Shown here one piece after another: positions 38,227 through 52,878 of a stretch of 63,695 nucleotides of DNA (the first letter of the stretch is position 1; the number at the start of each line of letters is the position of its first letter). Below the pieces are notes generated by a model. That model did not search any database and was not told the origin of the DNA. It was given only the letters and a program-made list of their open reading frames with translations. This DNA comes from Octopus bimaculoides (lineage: Eukaryota): contig NC_068994.1 of assembly GCF_001194135.2 (NCBI RefSeq), positions 38,640,752-38,704,446 on the forward strand, given 5' to 3'. The translations under genes were made by a program, and so were the position numbers.

Positions 38227-39049
38227 TATATTTGCATGTACGTATGTATGATGCTTATCTATTAAATCTCTGGATTTATGATCTTTAATCAACGTACACC
38301 TATTTTTTTAAATCTCATATTTAAATAACTCTTTATATATTTAATTAAAAAACACTATCTTAACATCTAGAGTTTCTCTGTGTGCGTGTGTGTGTGTGGC
38401 TGTGTAAATGCATGTGTGTACATATGTCGATGTAAATGTGTGAATGTGTATTTGTTTACATGTGTGCATGTGTGTATATGTGCTTCTGTATCTGTGTGTG
38501 CGTGCCTGCATTTTGTGATAGCGCTCCTGTCTCATTGCTAACAACAATGCAGTAAGGCTGTGAACAAACTAACGGCAGAGCTTCTATGTAATTCGCTCAT
38601 CCTACTCAGCAGCCTAAACTTCCTCAGCAGCCTCACTACTAATTTTAAGAATGGATCCATATGATACACGTGATCAATTTTAAAACATCATGTGTTTCAA
38701 TAAAGATAGGGGCTGATTACGGCTAGAATACTTTGCAGACGATGGCAGTAGCTATTGTCTGATACATCAGGCTTCATACATATGTTGTTGTTGTTTCTAT
38801 TTTATAGCACTAGGTCATCCTTGATTGAGCTAACTTACAATTTATTACATTCCATTCCAACCATGACCACCCAGTCTCTGTTTCAGGAATAGTGTACCCT
38901 AGACTATATTATCTGTTGCATTCTCTAACTTTTTAAGACTGTAAGATATGGTTTGTGGAAAATTTGACTACTATTTTTAGCTTGTTTGTTAGCCAGTTAG
39001 AGGCATTGTGTTTCATGATTGCTGAAAATGGAATTTTTGTCCTAAGTAT

Positions 39050-39335
39050 TTCACCAAATATCTCTATGCTACAGACCTACAATCTTTTGTGTGAAGGGTT
39101 TGACCAAAATGTTTGCCTTTAATGTTTAATTCAATACCTCTGCGCTACAGACCTACAATTTTTGATTCAGTTGTTTGATCTCTATACTGCAGGTATACAA
39201 TTTTGGCTATAAGCATTTGAGCAAATACTGCAATGCTACAGGCCTAAAAGTTTTACTTTTTGTGTTTGACCAGATATCTCTATGTTACAGGCCTACAACT
39301 TTATTCTTAAGTATTTGACCAAATACTTCAATGCC
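39050..39335. repeat. Degenerate ~45-50-bp tandem repeat (tttgaccaaatatctctatgctacaggcctacaa-like)
   Basis: About 6 diverged units. Confidence 0.65.
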
Positions 39336-39549
39336 ACTTTACCATTTACAAAGTTGGTGAAATGGCAGAGTTGTTAGAGCACCAGATAGAACTCTTTGAA
39401 TTATTTCTTCCAGCTCTTTGCACTCTGAGTTTGCATTTCAAATCTCTGAGTTCACCAAGGACAATTTTACTGTCATTCTTTTTGAAGCCACAAATGACCA
39501 CCTAATCCAAGACAACAGTTTAAATGAATTGTAAGAGCTTTGAATATGC

Positions 39550-40050
39550 TATCTTCTGGTGATTGTTCCATCTGTTTGTATTCTGATGGCAACTTCTACT
39601 TCTTCACTGGTGCCAAGTTGTATCTATCATTGTTTTTCTTTTGGTCAATAATGATGGCCTGCAGTGGGGAGACTTGGGAGCATGCACAACTGCTGATCTT
39701 TCAAATAATCCTTGCTCATGCCTGTTTTGTGAGAGGCAATTACTAGGTGCAGTAGTTCATAGGCTCATAAGATAAGCAAATACCCTGAATATGGCTACTG
39801 GTGCTTTTCAACAATAGCTGTGAGCTGTTTATTTCTAGTTATACTCATATCCTTGTTTATCTCTGATTCATTTACTACTGATCCAGGTAACATGGTATGC
39901 TCAATTGTGAACCTAATGCTTATCACAAATTGATTTGTGATAGCATGGGTCAATGATCAGTCAAAGATTCTGTTTGGATTGCAAAAGTATGCTCCATCAA
40001 TCATCCACAATACTCAGGACAACTTGGAGTCTTGGAATGAAATCTGCTTC
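39550..40050 (-). mobile_element. Possible highly decayed Penelope-like element (GIY-YIG region)
   Basis: Across frameshifts: ERSAVVHA...IIDQKKNN...EVAIRIQ resembles the SAVAEH...IIDKE...EAIHIR pattern. Confidence 0.3.
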
Positions 40051-41109
40051 TCCTATATGGTCTATTATTTATTTATCAATAAGTCATTTAAAACCGTGTT
40101 TTTTTTAAACCTGTGGCAAAATGTGGATAGATGCAAACAATTTAACAATACAGATAAAAAAATGTGGCTTCGGGGGAAATTTTGTTGCCATTTTCTCTGG
40201 AAATTGCAGGTTTTGATTTTTATTTTTCTTGTTGTCAAAAATGGAAGGGGACAGCATTTTAAAAACTTGAGGTCTTAACTGAAACTTATTTCATTTTTTC
40301 TTTTTACATGTTTTAGGTCATTGAACAACAGCCTTGGGGTACTGCCTTGAAGGTTTTAGTGGAACAAATCAACCCCAGTGCTTAATTTTTTAAAATTTGG
40401 TACTTATTCTATCAGTGTATTTTGCTGAAATGCTAAGTTATGGGAATGTGAACAAAATGACATCAATTATCAAACTGTGGTGAGGGGAGACAAACTGAAA
40501 CACACACACACACACACACACACATTACAGGTATCTACTTAGTTTCCATCTATCAAATTTATCCCCAAAGCATTAATTGGCATGGAATTATTATAGAAAA
40601 ACACTTTCCCAAAGTGTTGCACTGTGGGACTGAACTTAAAACTACATGGTTGCAAAGTGAGTTTCTTAACCACACAGCCATCCCTGCACCTAACACAAAA
40701 TTTTCTTTCTAATGCCATGGATCTTTTCTGTTTTGAAATACAATCAATAAATATTTTGCATATGTAAACATATTTTAATACAGGAACAATAGTAATAGAT
40801 TTTCTTTAAAGAAGAAATACAAAATTTAGAGTGAGCTTTGAACTCATATTAATAAGTTCTATTTATGTAACCTCTTAAAGCTCTCAGTTTCACTATCATT
40901 CACTTGTAAATTTGGGAACTAGTTAAGTATTTCTAGTTTTAAATATATTTATTCAGTTTTATGTAGGAATCTAATAAGCTCAGCAGGAAGAACAGCTGCA
41001 AATGAACATATCTCCATAAGAAATTATTTCATTTATAGAGATAAAAAAAATTGTGTTGTTGAGTTGTGGCTGACTTCTACAAGTAGATGATGTTGTTGAC
41101 GCTTAGTTT

Positions 41110-41400
41110 TACATTACTTCTGGTCAAACAAAACTATGATCAAAGGTCTTCCAGACATGACTTTCTTGCTTTTATAAGAATATATAGGAATGTGTATCAA
41201 TGTGCCTTCTTTTCCAAGACAGGAAAGTGTAACTTTTTTAGGAATATTTATGGCAGACGTTTCTAGCAGGACTGTTGACCAGAGAGAGGCATGCACAGTA
41301 GCTCAAGTGTCAACCTCATCAGTTCAATAATCATTAAAATTTTGGTGGTGACTTAAATGTCAGAATAGCACAAGTTGGCATTGAAGTGGAAATGAGATTA
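41110..41400 (+). mobile_element. Possible ancient LINE AP-endonuclease relic
   Basis: YFWS motif followed by GGDLNVRI (compare GDFNARVG); broken frames. Confidence 0.35.
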
Positions 41401-43149
41401 CGAGAGGCTCATACTTTACTTACAGACATTAGTGGTACAGAAATCATCAAAACAGAGATGAAATTAAGCCAGATATCAAATCACTAACCAATAGAGCATC
41501 ATATTTTGTTGTTATAAATGTCATACTTCGCATTTGTAAGTGACAATTGAAATATTAAGCTAAATTTTGATTAAAAACTTAACATTGAGTTCTCTTACAC
41601 AACAGCTCAAAAACTACAGAGGAATTTAAATAACATTGGAATTTATTAAGATGCTTATAACATATAAACAAAAATTCTTATTGCAAGACATTTTAGTTTC
41701 CTTTTCCAAGAAAATTCATATGTAGTGAAATACATCTGTTATAACAAAAATTGAACTGCTATGCAATAATTGTAATACTTCATATGCAGTTTGTGATAAT
41801 GCTGAATTCAGAGCTTTTAATAGCCCCAGGGAACTTATGCAATCTAAATGTTGAAGAAAATCATTTAACACCTACACGAGAAACGTCAATAAATTTAAAT
41901 ATATTTGCTGCATGATTTCAATGTGAGCCACATATTGGGAAATTAAGATTAAAAACCTTACTGTTCGGTGCTGGAATAGAATATATTGGACTATTGCTGT
42001 ACAGTAACATAATATAATGTAGTTCTGTACAACGAAAAATTTCTCTACTGCAACATAATATTTGCAACTGAAGAATAATAAATTATATTACATGAAACAA
42101 TACAACATCAGAACATACCATATTACAACAATATGCTATATCCTTTCATAGGATGTTGTGTGTGAAACATTTAAATGAAATGCTATTTGATATCTTATAA
42201 TGTTGCAGTGAAAACTATATAACATGTAATGTGAAACACATGTTTACAACATACACATGAAATATATATCATATTATATCACCAAAGTGCTTGACATTAT
42301 TCTAATACATGATAACATTTATGTTAACATGGAAGTAAAAAATATTATCTATCTATCTCTCTATCTATCTATCTATCTATCTATCGATCTATCTATATGT
42401 GTATTCATACATACATATGTGCATACATACTTACAGACACACACACTCATAGAGAGACACATACATACACACACATGCATGCATATATACACATACATAC
42501 ATACATACATACATACATACATACATACATACATAAGTATGTATGAATGCACACACACACATGTGAAGACACACATACACACACATATACACATACATTA
42601 TAAACTATGCTTCCACGTATCATAAAGAGATATTAGGATAGAAGAAATATAATTATGTATTGTACTATAAAACAAAACAAAAAAGAAAACAAAACATTAC
42701 AATGAACTATAAAATGGCATATCATCACATGTGCAATGTTTTATGTCACAACCATATAATATTATATCAGGCAGTGCAATACAATGTGACATCGTGCTAC
42801 CTCATATGAAGTATGCAGTAAGTGTCATAAAGCTTGAAGTAAATCTATGGGGAGACAAATTTTTGATAAGTGTCTTCATCCTAAGTCCAAGATAACAAGA
42901 GTTTGATAAGTTTATTTGCTGTGAGGAATTTGGAATCTAACATTTTCTGTCATAACCATCACCTTGCAATAAATAAAAAAATTGTGGTGTCCCTTGAGCT
43001 GGATGGAAGTAAAAATCACTTAATTCCCTTTACTTGTTCATTTACTGTCTTTTGTGAGAGGCATTAACATTTTAATATCCCATTGCTCTTTAGAAAAAAT
43101 GGGATATTAAAATTTGTATCCAGTCAAAATAAACATTACATTAGATAAG

Positions 43150-43180
<31 letters not shown>

Positions 43181-43184
<4 letters not shown>

Positions 43185-43684
43185 GTCGTCACATAAGTTC
43201 TGTCCGAATTTTGAATAAAGAAAACAAGTGATCAAATGTCATATTTAATTGAAATTTAATCATCAATGTACTTTCCCTGATTATCTATGACTTCCTTCCA
43301 TCTATTTACAAGCTTTTTAATCCCATCAATGCAAAACTCCTTTGGTTTCAAAGTGAAGAACTCTGAAATGTCAGTTTCGACTTCCTCCTGGCTTGTGAAA
43401 GTTATGTCCCCCAAATGATTCTGTAAACTATGAAACAAATGGTAATCTGAAGAAGCAAGGTTGGGAGAATAGTGTGGATGAGGAATTTTTTCCTAACCAA
43501 GCTCTTCGATCTTCTGTGATGTGACCTTTGCAGTGTGGGGTCGCACATCGTCTTGATGAAACATCACTCCTTTTCGATTTACTAAAGCGAGTCTCTTTTC
43601 TTCAAAGCTTGGTTCAAATGCTCTAATTGCTGACAGTAGACTTGAGCATTGATTGTTACATTAGGTGGTAACAATTCAAAGTGA
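43181..43684 (-). mobile_element. Mariner 3' half with one TIR (different subfamily from 17114-18193)
   Basis: VHFELLPPNVTINAQVYCQQL...HQDDVRPH...HPHYSPNLASSDYHLFHSLQNHL...GKYIDD*; TIR tcaggtcgtcacataagttc after a TA tract. Confidence 0.9.
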
Positions 43685-43904
43685 ACAAAGAAAAAGGCAA
43701 AAAACATGCATTTATATTACATATATATAAAATAATTGTTTATAGATCATCTTTGATCAAAGAGATCTATAAGCAAAGAATTTCCAGCTAAAGCTGTTTT
43801 GTACATTTAACACTACATTATCCTAACTGTTTTTGCTTCATTTTTAAAGATACAAAAAGGGATCTCTGGCAACTAATTTCAGCAGGTTGAACAACCGACT
43901 AGAA

Positions 43905-44160
43905 CAGTGATTTTCAATGATTTTTTGCCTATAGACCCCTTTGATTCCCATTTTACTCAGGTGGACCCTCATAACCAGTCATTGTTTAAAAAAAATCTTC
44001 AGAAATTTTTATAATAATTTATTATGAGGAATTGTATAAAAAAATTGTTAAAATAGTTTGTGTATTGTAGAAATATAACAGATTTATTGCAGATAAATTT
44101 TAACAGCAAAATCTTAAATGAACTCTCAAGGGCCATATTGACCCTGGTTGAGAACCAATG
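43905..44160. mobile_element. Older hAT-type MITE
   Basis: Ends cagtgattttcaa / ggttgagaaccaatg; the putative 8-bp TSD matches only 5 of 8. Confidence 0.55.
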
Positions 44161-45483
44161 ATCTTGAAGATCCCTTATTTGCTTGTAATAGTATATCAGG
44201 TAAAAAAAAGGAAGTGATTTAACAATAGCGAATCAACAAATTTATATAATTACTAGAATCTGAGATTATTGATTATTTGTATGCATTAGCAGGAATTACT
44301 TTAGATGGTAGATTGCCCAGTTTAACCTCATGGCCTGCCTATTGGGTACCTACTCTGATACAATATCCAGATCAGATTTCCAGTCTTTTTACTAACTAAG
44401 CCATATTCCACTGCTTATTATATGTGGGACCAGGTTTTCCTGGATATGTCTGTGACGACTGAAAAGCAAGTGGGTGAATTAAACATGACATGTTTAATAA
44501 AGTGAAATAAGCATCAGATATATTTTACTCCAAGTAGAAACTGCCGAAAGTTAATTATTTAGAAATACTGCAAACACTTTCCCTTCCTGATGTATCTTCA
44601 ATAGATATCTCACAAGCAGGATCTTTAGTCTGTAACTTTGCCTGAGAGGAACAGCAAGGGCTAAATTAGCCTATATCTGCAGAAGGGTTCCATCTGCAGT
44701 TTTTGTCAACTACAGCCACTTTTCTTTAGTCTCAGTAGTCATGGCTGTCTCCCGAATGACTTTCTTCAGTTGTCTGAATTTCAAACAAATCTTTGGCATA
44801 AAACAGTCTACTCAACTTGCTGGGATATTGTAGCAAATGACTTCAATAAAGACTGAGATTGCATGCCATCGTTTAAAAATTATTCAATACTATGGTGAAA
44901 AGAAAAGTAATTATATGAATGTAAATACTGTTTTGTATTTTCATAACTAAAGAGGATGAAGACAAAGTGTTGCTTATATTTGTGGTAGAGTTGGGGTAGC
45001 TAGTATTGCCACTTTCAAAATCACTGCCATAATACCTGGTAGGGTACAATAGTTAGTTTTGTTTTTCTAGACTCTGAGATCAAATCTTGCTGGCATTAGC
45101 CATGCTTTTCATATTTGTGTGGCTGATAAAATGAATAACAGTAATAACAGTAATATGCTGGAGTAATAGCTACATAAAAAACAAAAACATATTAATATTA
45201 GAGCTAGTAAGATTTCACAACAGCCAAAATCAATGGGGATTTTGGCAAGATGTCTTGACATATTTTTTGTGTTAGAATCCAGCTAGTAATACTGTATAAC
45301 TTTTGATCTACTCTATCAATTTATGGTGTACAAAACTATAACATAAAACAATTTCTAATAATATTGTGCTTCCAACAATGTTGTATAGATCTGTTAACTT
45401 CATATTTCATGCTTTCATTATATTAAGGTTTCAGTTGACATAGTTTTCAATACTCACCCTAACTGTAAAATTTTGATTAAGAC

Positions 45484-45672
45484 TGAATTTACAGAGTCTT
45501 ATAAAGACTGAACTTGCAGACTTTTGTTAAGGCTGATTTTACAAACCCTTATAACGACTAAATTTACAAACCCTTCTGAAGATCGAATTTACAAATTCTT
45601 ATAAAGATTGGAATTTGCAAACTCTTATTAATATTGGAATTTGCAAACCTTTATTAAGATTGGAATTTACAA
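45484..45672. repeat. Degenerate ~24-bp minisatellite (gaatttacaaacccttataaagact-like)
   Basis: About 8 diverged units. Confidence 0.75.
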
Positions 45673-46148
45673 ACCAATATCATGAGGTCATCTTTGGCTT
45701 TCATCATTCTGGAGTCAATAAAATAAAATACCAGTGAAGTACTGTGTTCAATATAATCGATTATACACCCTTCTGAAATTTGTGGCTATGTGCCAATTTT
45801 AGAGATCAACATTAATTTAGCACACCAGATGACAGCTCACTGTCCTCTGTCTTCTAATAAATAGATACCTCTAATTATGAAAAGTCAATTAGTTGACTAT
45901 TTATCACACCTGCATGTAATAAATTAAATATTGATTGCCTGATTGATTAATTGATTATATAAAATTATATTTCAGTTCTTCACTTGTTCTTGGTATTTGC
46001 CCATGTACTTGACTACGATTCAAATGTTAGGCTCCTTATTAAGCACTTCAGCCAGTAAATTTGGTAGATGGAAGCTGTGTGAAAGCCTGTTCATATACAT
46101 ACATACATACAAACATACATACATACATACACACATACATACATACAA

Positions 46149-46181
<33 letters not shown>

Positions 46182-46584
46182 CATACATATATACATACAT
46201 ATACATACATACATATATATATATATATCATCATCATCATCACCATCATCATTTAACATCCGCTTTCCATGCTGGCATAAGTTGGACGGTTTGACTGAGG
46301 ACTGGTGAGTCAGATGGCTACACCAGGCTCTAGTCTGATCTGGCAGAGTTTCTACAGCTGGATGCCCTTCCTAATGCCAACCACTCCGAGAATGTAGAGG
46401 GTGCTTTTTATGTGCCACCAGCATGATAGCCAGTCAGGCGGTACTGGCAATGGCCATTCTCAAAAGGTGAGTGCAACAAATAACAATTTATTTCATTTGA
46501 GAATGCTTTGTAGAATACAGGATTATGTTATTGCAGCACAGAATCTTTTATCTGTAGAGGAAAGTGTAGCAATGCTAATGAAAG

Positions 46585-46623
<39 letters not shown>

Positions 46624-48024
46624 GGATAACAGAGTTCATAACGATAATGATGAAACAGAATAAAAATAATAAAGTTAAAATTATAAATATCAATATAAAT
46701 ACAAATATAAATATAAAAATAAAAAAGATAAATAAATGGGTAGATAAATGGACAGAAAGATAAATGGATTGATAGAACATGATGGTAATCACACGGAAGG
46801 TGATAAAATAAGGATAAAGTTAAAATAAGCCGATAAATTGATGAGGGGACACCCAAGAGATACAACATCTCACAGCACGACAAATGAGTGAAGCTGGGTA
46901 TAAACTATATGAAAGGGAATTCACCATGCAGAGTCCACACACATGGACATACATAGACATGTATGAAGATGCATGTACACACACACACACACAAATGTAT
47001 ATATATACAGATGCATAAAGATGCACTAGCACACACATACATAGACACAGGAGTGGGTGGGTGGTAAGAAGCTTGATTCCAAACCACATGGTTCTGAGTT
47101 CAGTCTCAATGTGTGGCACCTTGGGCAAGTGTCTTCTACTATAGCCTCAGGCCGACCAAAGCCTTGTAAGTGGATTTGTTAGCCAGAAACTGAAAGAAGC
47201 CCGTTGTATATATATATATATATNNNNNNNNNNNNNNNNNNNNNNNNNNNNNNNNNNNNNNNNNNNNNNNNNNNNNNNNNNNNNNNNNNNNNNNNNNNNN
47301 NNNNNNNNNNNNNNNNNNNNNNNNNNNNNNNNNNNNNNNNNNNNNNNNNNNNNNNNNNNNNNNNNNNNNNNNNNNNNNNNNNNNNNNNNNNNNNNNNNNN
47401 NNNNNNNNNNNNNNNNNNNNNNNNNNNNNNNNNNNNNNNNNNNNNNNNNNNNNNNNNNNNNNNNNNNNNNTGTATGAACTTTGTAGTGTTACATACTGAT
47501 TATCACACATTCTCTGATAATAAGATGAAAATGTTAAAAACAGTGTAAGTATGAAAATACATATATGGAAAAATACATATACATATTCTTTGATAATAAT
47601 AGAAAATGTTAGAAACAGTTTAAGTATCAAAATACATATATACATTCTTTGATAATAATAATAAGAATATGTTTGAAGCAGTTTACAAGGTTGTTATAAC
47701 AAAAAGGATTTGGTAAAATATGTATATATATACCCAGGAAATATATTTAAGAGTTCGCAAAAAGTTGAGGAGGAACTGACCTGGCTTTTTTCTCTTGTGT
47801 GTATTGAGGGAATGTTTTGCTGTCTTAAGAGACTTATATATGTATATATGTGTATATATTTGTGTGTATCTTTGTTTGTCTCCCCCACCATTGCTTGACA
47901 ACCGATGTTGGTGTGTTTACATCCCTGTAACTTAGCAGTTCAGCAAAAGAGACTGAATAAGAGAGAGAGAGTGAAAGAGTAAGTGAGTGAATGCGTATGT
48001 TCTTATGTATGTGTCAGTGGCACA

Positions 48025-48064
<40 letters not shown>

Positions 48065-48337
48065 TCCATTTCATATACACGTTCATACATCTTTCACTTT
48101 CTCCTCTCTTTCACTTTGAAACAAAAGTAACAGGTGATTTTCAGGATAAAGATTGTTAAAAAAAAGCTCCCATTAATGTAAATTGATTACTATTGTTTGG
48201 ATAGTTCCAGTTAAATAAGTCCAGAAGTTAGGTTAAATATATATACATGCATAAGTACCGTGAACTCCCATTCTACAAACTGGCAAACAGTTCTGTGAAT
48301 ACTTTATTGGGCATGGCTGGGTAGTAAGTCTAGTATT

Positions 48338-48391
<54 letters not shown>

Positions 48392-49818
48392 TACATTATT
48401 TTTATGAAAGGAAGCAATCATATAAACATATTCTACCATCAATTCTTATATGGTGTGAAAAATAGTTATATTGTTAGTGTTTACTAATAACACAAATTTG
48501 AATGCTTATGAAAAGACAACACACTTGTGAAATAGGATTTTCACAGGTAATGCAATATATAACTAAATGACTGAGTGAAAAAAAGAAAGATAATTACAAA
48601 ATAGTGACGTTTTTAATAATATTAGCTTATTATTTGATATTTTGTGGTTTGTTTCTTATAATTCCTATGATATTGTTGTCTTGGCAAAGATTTTTTGTTA
48701 TTAATGATTTAGCTAGAAAAGAAAGTGCGATTCTTTTGGACCACTTCAGGTCTCTGAGATTAGTAGAAGAAGGGTCAGAAACCTAACCCAAATGATTGCA
48801 ATGGATTAGTGTCTGAAAAAAAAAGAAACATTTAAAGGTGAGAAGAATGGTGTTAGACACATCAATTGATCAAACCCACCACTCTGCACACAAAACTGGT
48901 TAGAGTGACAGGCTTCCACATAGTTATCTCTTATTTTTTCAGTCATTGGACTGTGACCATGCTACAGCACCACCTTGAAAGGTTTAGCTGAACAAACCAA
49001 CCTCAGGGCTCAGCTTTTAAGTCTAGTACTTATTCAATGTGCCACTTTGCCGAACCGCTATGTTATGAGGACATAAACAAAGCAACACTGGTTATCAGTT
49101 GCTGGTGGTGGTGGTGAACAAACATAAACACACTCTACCTAATGTGTGTGCACACACTCTCTCACACACACATACGATAGGCTTCCTTATAGTTTCTCTA
49201 TACTAAGTTCACTCACAAGGCATTGGCTGGCCTGGGGCTACAATAGAAGACTCCTACCCAAGGTGCCATGCAGTGAACCAAAAACCACGTGGTTGCAAAG
49301 CAATCTTCTTAACCACAGAACCCTCCTTAATTTAACTCACAAGGCTTTAAACAAAGCATTATGAAGAAGACATTTAACCAGGGTGCAATGCAGTGGGGAT
49401 AGAATCTGAAACTACAGTTTAAAAATTGTGGTACTCCATAAGTTATGACAACGAGGGTTCCAGTTGATCTGATCAAATAGAATAACCTGCTCGTGAAGTT
49501 AATGTGTAAGTGGCTGAGCACTCCACAGACATGTGTACCCTTAATGTAGTTCTCATATTATATTGTTATATGAATATAATATAATATTATTTTAATAAAT
49601 TTTAATTTTTGAATTGACAACTGTATATCTCCATTTTCTTTTCATTTTTATAAATATAATATACACCCATGTGAATTGTAAAGTTTTTCTCTACTAAATT
49701 GGGTATTAAATAGCTAAGCTCTTGAAAAATTGGACATTTTCATCCCTATAAGATGAACCTATTTTCTTTATATTAGATCTTTGATTTTTATATATACATA
49801 CATACATACATACATACA

Positions 49819-49854
<36 letters not shown>

Positions 49855-50558
49855 TATATGAATACATGCATACATACATACATACATACANNNNNNNNNN
49901 NNNNNNNNNNNNNNNNNNNNNNNNNNNNNNNNNNNNNNNNNNNNNNNNNNNNNNNNNNNNNNNNNNNNNNNNNNNNNNNNNNNNNNNNNNNNNNNNNNNN
50001 NNNNNNNNNNNNNNNNNNNNNNNNNNNNNNNNNNNNNNNNNNNNNNNNNNNNNNNNNNNNNNNNNNNNNNNNNNNNNNNNNNNNNNNNNNNNNNNNNNNN
50101 NNNNNNNNNNNNNNNNNNNNNNNNNNNNNNNNNNNNNNNNNNNNNNNNNNNNNNNNNNNNNNNNNNNNNNNNNNNNNNNNNNNNNNNNNNNNNNNNNNNN
50201 NNNNNNNNNNNNNNNNNNNNNNNNNNNNNNNNNNNNNNNNNNNNNNNNNNNNNNNNNNNNNNNNNNNNNNNNNNNNNNNNNNNNNNNNNNNNNNNNNNNN
50301 NNNNNNNNNNNNNNNNNNNNNNNNNNNNNNNNNNNNNNNNNNNNNNNNNNNNNNNNNNNNNNNNNNNNNNNNNNNNNNNNNNNNNNNNNNNNNNNNNNNN
50401 NNNNNNNNNNNNNNNNNNNNNNNNNNNNNNNNNNNNNNNNNNNNNNNNNNNNNNNNNNNNNNNNNNNNNNNNNNNNNNNNNNNNNNNNNNNNNNNNNNNN
50501 NNNNNNNNNNNNNNNNNNNNNNNNNNNNNNNNNNNNNNNNNNNNNNNNNNNNNNNNNN

Positions 50559-50630
<72 letters not shown>

Positions 50631-52727
50631 ACACTCACACACACATATATACGTATACATATATAAATGTGTGAAACTACATAGTTTGCCATGCCTTTCT
50701 TTTTTATTACATTGGGATGTAATTTGAGGAAGATTTGGTTATTAATTCTAACAGACCCCAATGACTGCATAGAGGCTACCACTTTGGCTTATTACTAATG
50801 CAAATAGATATTATGAAGTGGTCTAGATCAGTGCTAGAGATAGTCATGATAGTTGTTTAATTGATGAGATTTTCGATCATGCATAAACCTGGAAAAGGTC
50901 CACCTACTTAATATTATGTGCTTGTATGACCCAATGAGCTTAGTGGACATAATGGACTCTCATTTCATGAGCATTCCAGATGTTCAACGAATGGAACTAT
51001 CTACTTACAGAATTACAATGTAAGGGGTTGTGTATTCTACTGATTCATACCCTATTAGTGTAATCTACAAGGTGACAGTCTTGAGGCTGTGTGACAAGAC
51101 TGGGTATTTGGATTACAGTAACATGTCCACCCAATAATGAATTTCTGCATATGGTTTGAATTGATGTAATGTCTAACTAATCATGTTCTTAATTTAATAA
51201 AAGTTTTCTTTCAAATAACATTTCTTAAATTGGAGAAGTGTATATATCAAATCAATTCTAGAATATCATAAGCAATTCAATGTATTATCGAATTACAAAT
51301 GAAAATTAAAATTGAGCCTAGTACGATTCAGAGTCAATGAAAAAATAGAGTTTGAATCAATGAAATATCTAACATTGAAATCTGTAGTTTTCAGTTGTCT
51401 CCACTTTCAAGCTTCTTTAAGCAAGTTTCAAATTTTGGCACTGGGAAAAGAGTTAGTTGATTATATCAACTCCAGTACTTGACTGGTATTGATCTCAGCA
51501 GAATTTGAGCTAAGAACATAAACAACCAAAAGATGTAAAGCTAAGCATTTTGTCTGACATGTTTATGATTCTGCTAGCTCACCACTTTAGTTTCTTTAAA
51601 TAATAAATATATCTTTGTTTTAATTTATTCACGCCTCTAAAATTTAGGGATATGAGATAAAAGAATCTGAAATCTCAGAATGCATCACAGGGAATTAATT
51701 CTCATGTATCAAAGGTATAAAGCATTTTGATTGAACAATACCAATGAAATTCTCTGAGAAAATACTCAGTCAATGATTAGAATGACACTTTAGCATTCAT
51801 CTGTAACCAATACATTAAAAGAGCATCAGCATTTTAAAAGTTTCAATCAATGAAGGCTGGTGAAGCAAAATGTCAATTAATAATTAATAATATAATTTGA
51901 CATCAAAATGTCACAAGCTGCTTGACAAGAATAAATAAATTAATAAATAATCTCACAAATGATTATGTTATTTTGAATATGTATCAAAAAAAAAAACACA
52001 TTATTTAAGTTTTTGCTTAAAACTATACAGGTTTTTTTTTAATGGCAAACCTTTTAAACAAATGCTATTAGCATAATCTTGTAGTTAGTTTATGAGTTTG
52101 TATCCTGACATAGCAACTTAATTTTGTAGTCTGCTCTAAATACTATTATATTCTTGCACTGACTTAGCATTGGCATAATTCTGAGAAAGTTGCAAAGTAA
52201 TATCATTATAGAAGAAATTTAAGTATATAATTATTTAATGCTAGAGAAATCAGTGATAACAAAGGGTGCAAGGAATTATTGAAGCCTAAGTAAAGAATCT
52301 TTAAGATATCACTATCTGAGAAAGAAGGTTTAATTTCAATCTCCAGATGATACTTAATACCACTGCTTACTGAAGTTAATCAAAGAAGATAATGGGTGAT
52401 GAACTTCATAATCCATACTAATAGTTCATAAGATAACTTATGTTATTCTCTGGATGAAGATACCTACCACATCTCTAGTAAAGTATAGATAAGTCCGTCC
52501 TATTTCATAAATAAAATTCCTTGAAAATAAAATACACTTCTTGAAGTTTTAGGTGAGGATTTCTATGTCTGGCTCAATGAAGATGTTAAGAATTTCTGAT
52601 ATTACATACAAATAACTTCCTTTGAAATTGCTGTAAGAATCCTATCAGAGATTGGTTTTTACAGAATCGTAATTTTTTTTTATTATTATTTTTAAAACAT
52701 TAATAGTCTTTAACATTAACAACATAC

Positions 52728-52878
52728 CTGCAAGTTCTTCATAGTGTTCTGTGCTTCCTTCTCTCCAATTGTGTCCAGTATCTTTATAAGAAGAGAGGAC
52801 TGACATCTCTTTGACATGTTCAGAGGGTACATCAATATGGCCTTCCTTGTTACCAAAACTATGCGTAAATATAGTGGG
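52728..52878 (-). CDS. Internal coding exon (151 nt, phase 0-1): PTIFTHSFGNKEGHIDVPSEHVKEMSVLSSYKDTGHNWREGSTEHYEELA(G)
   Basis: Acceptor atgaattttcag, donor CAG|gtatgt, open frame, GC above its surroundings; the phase-1 end joins the terminal exon as GGA (Gly). Confidence 0.85.
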
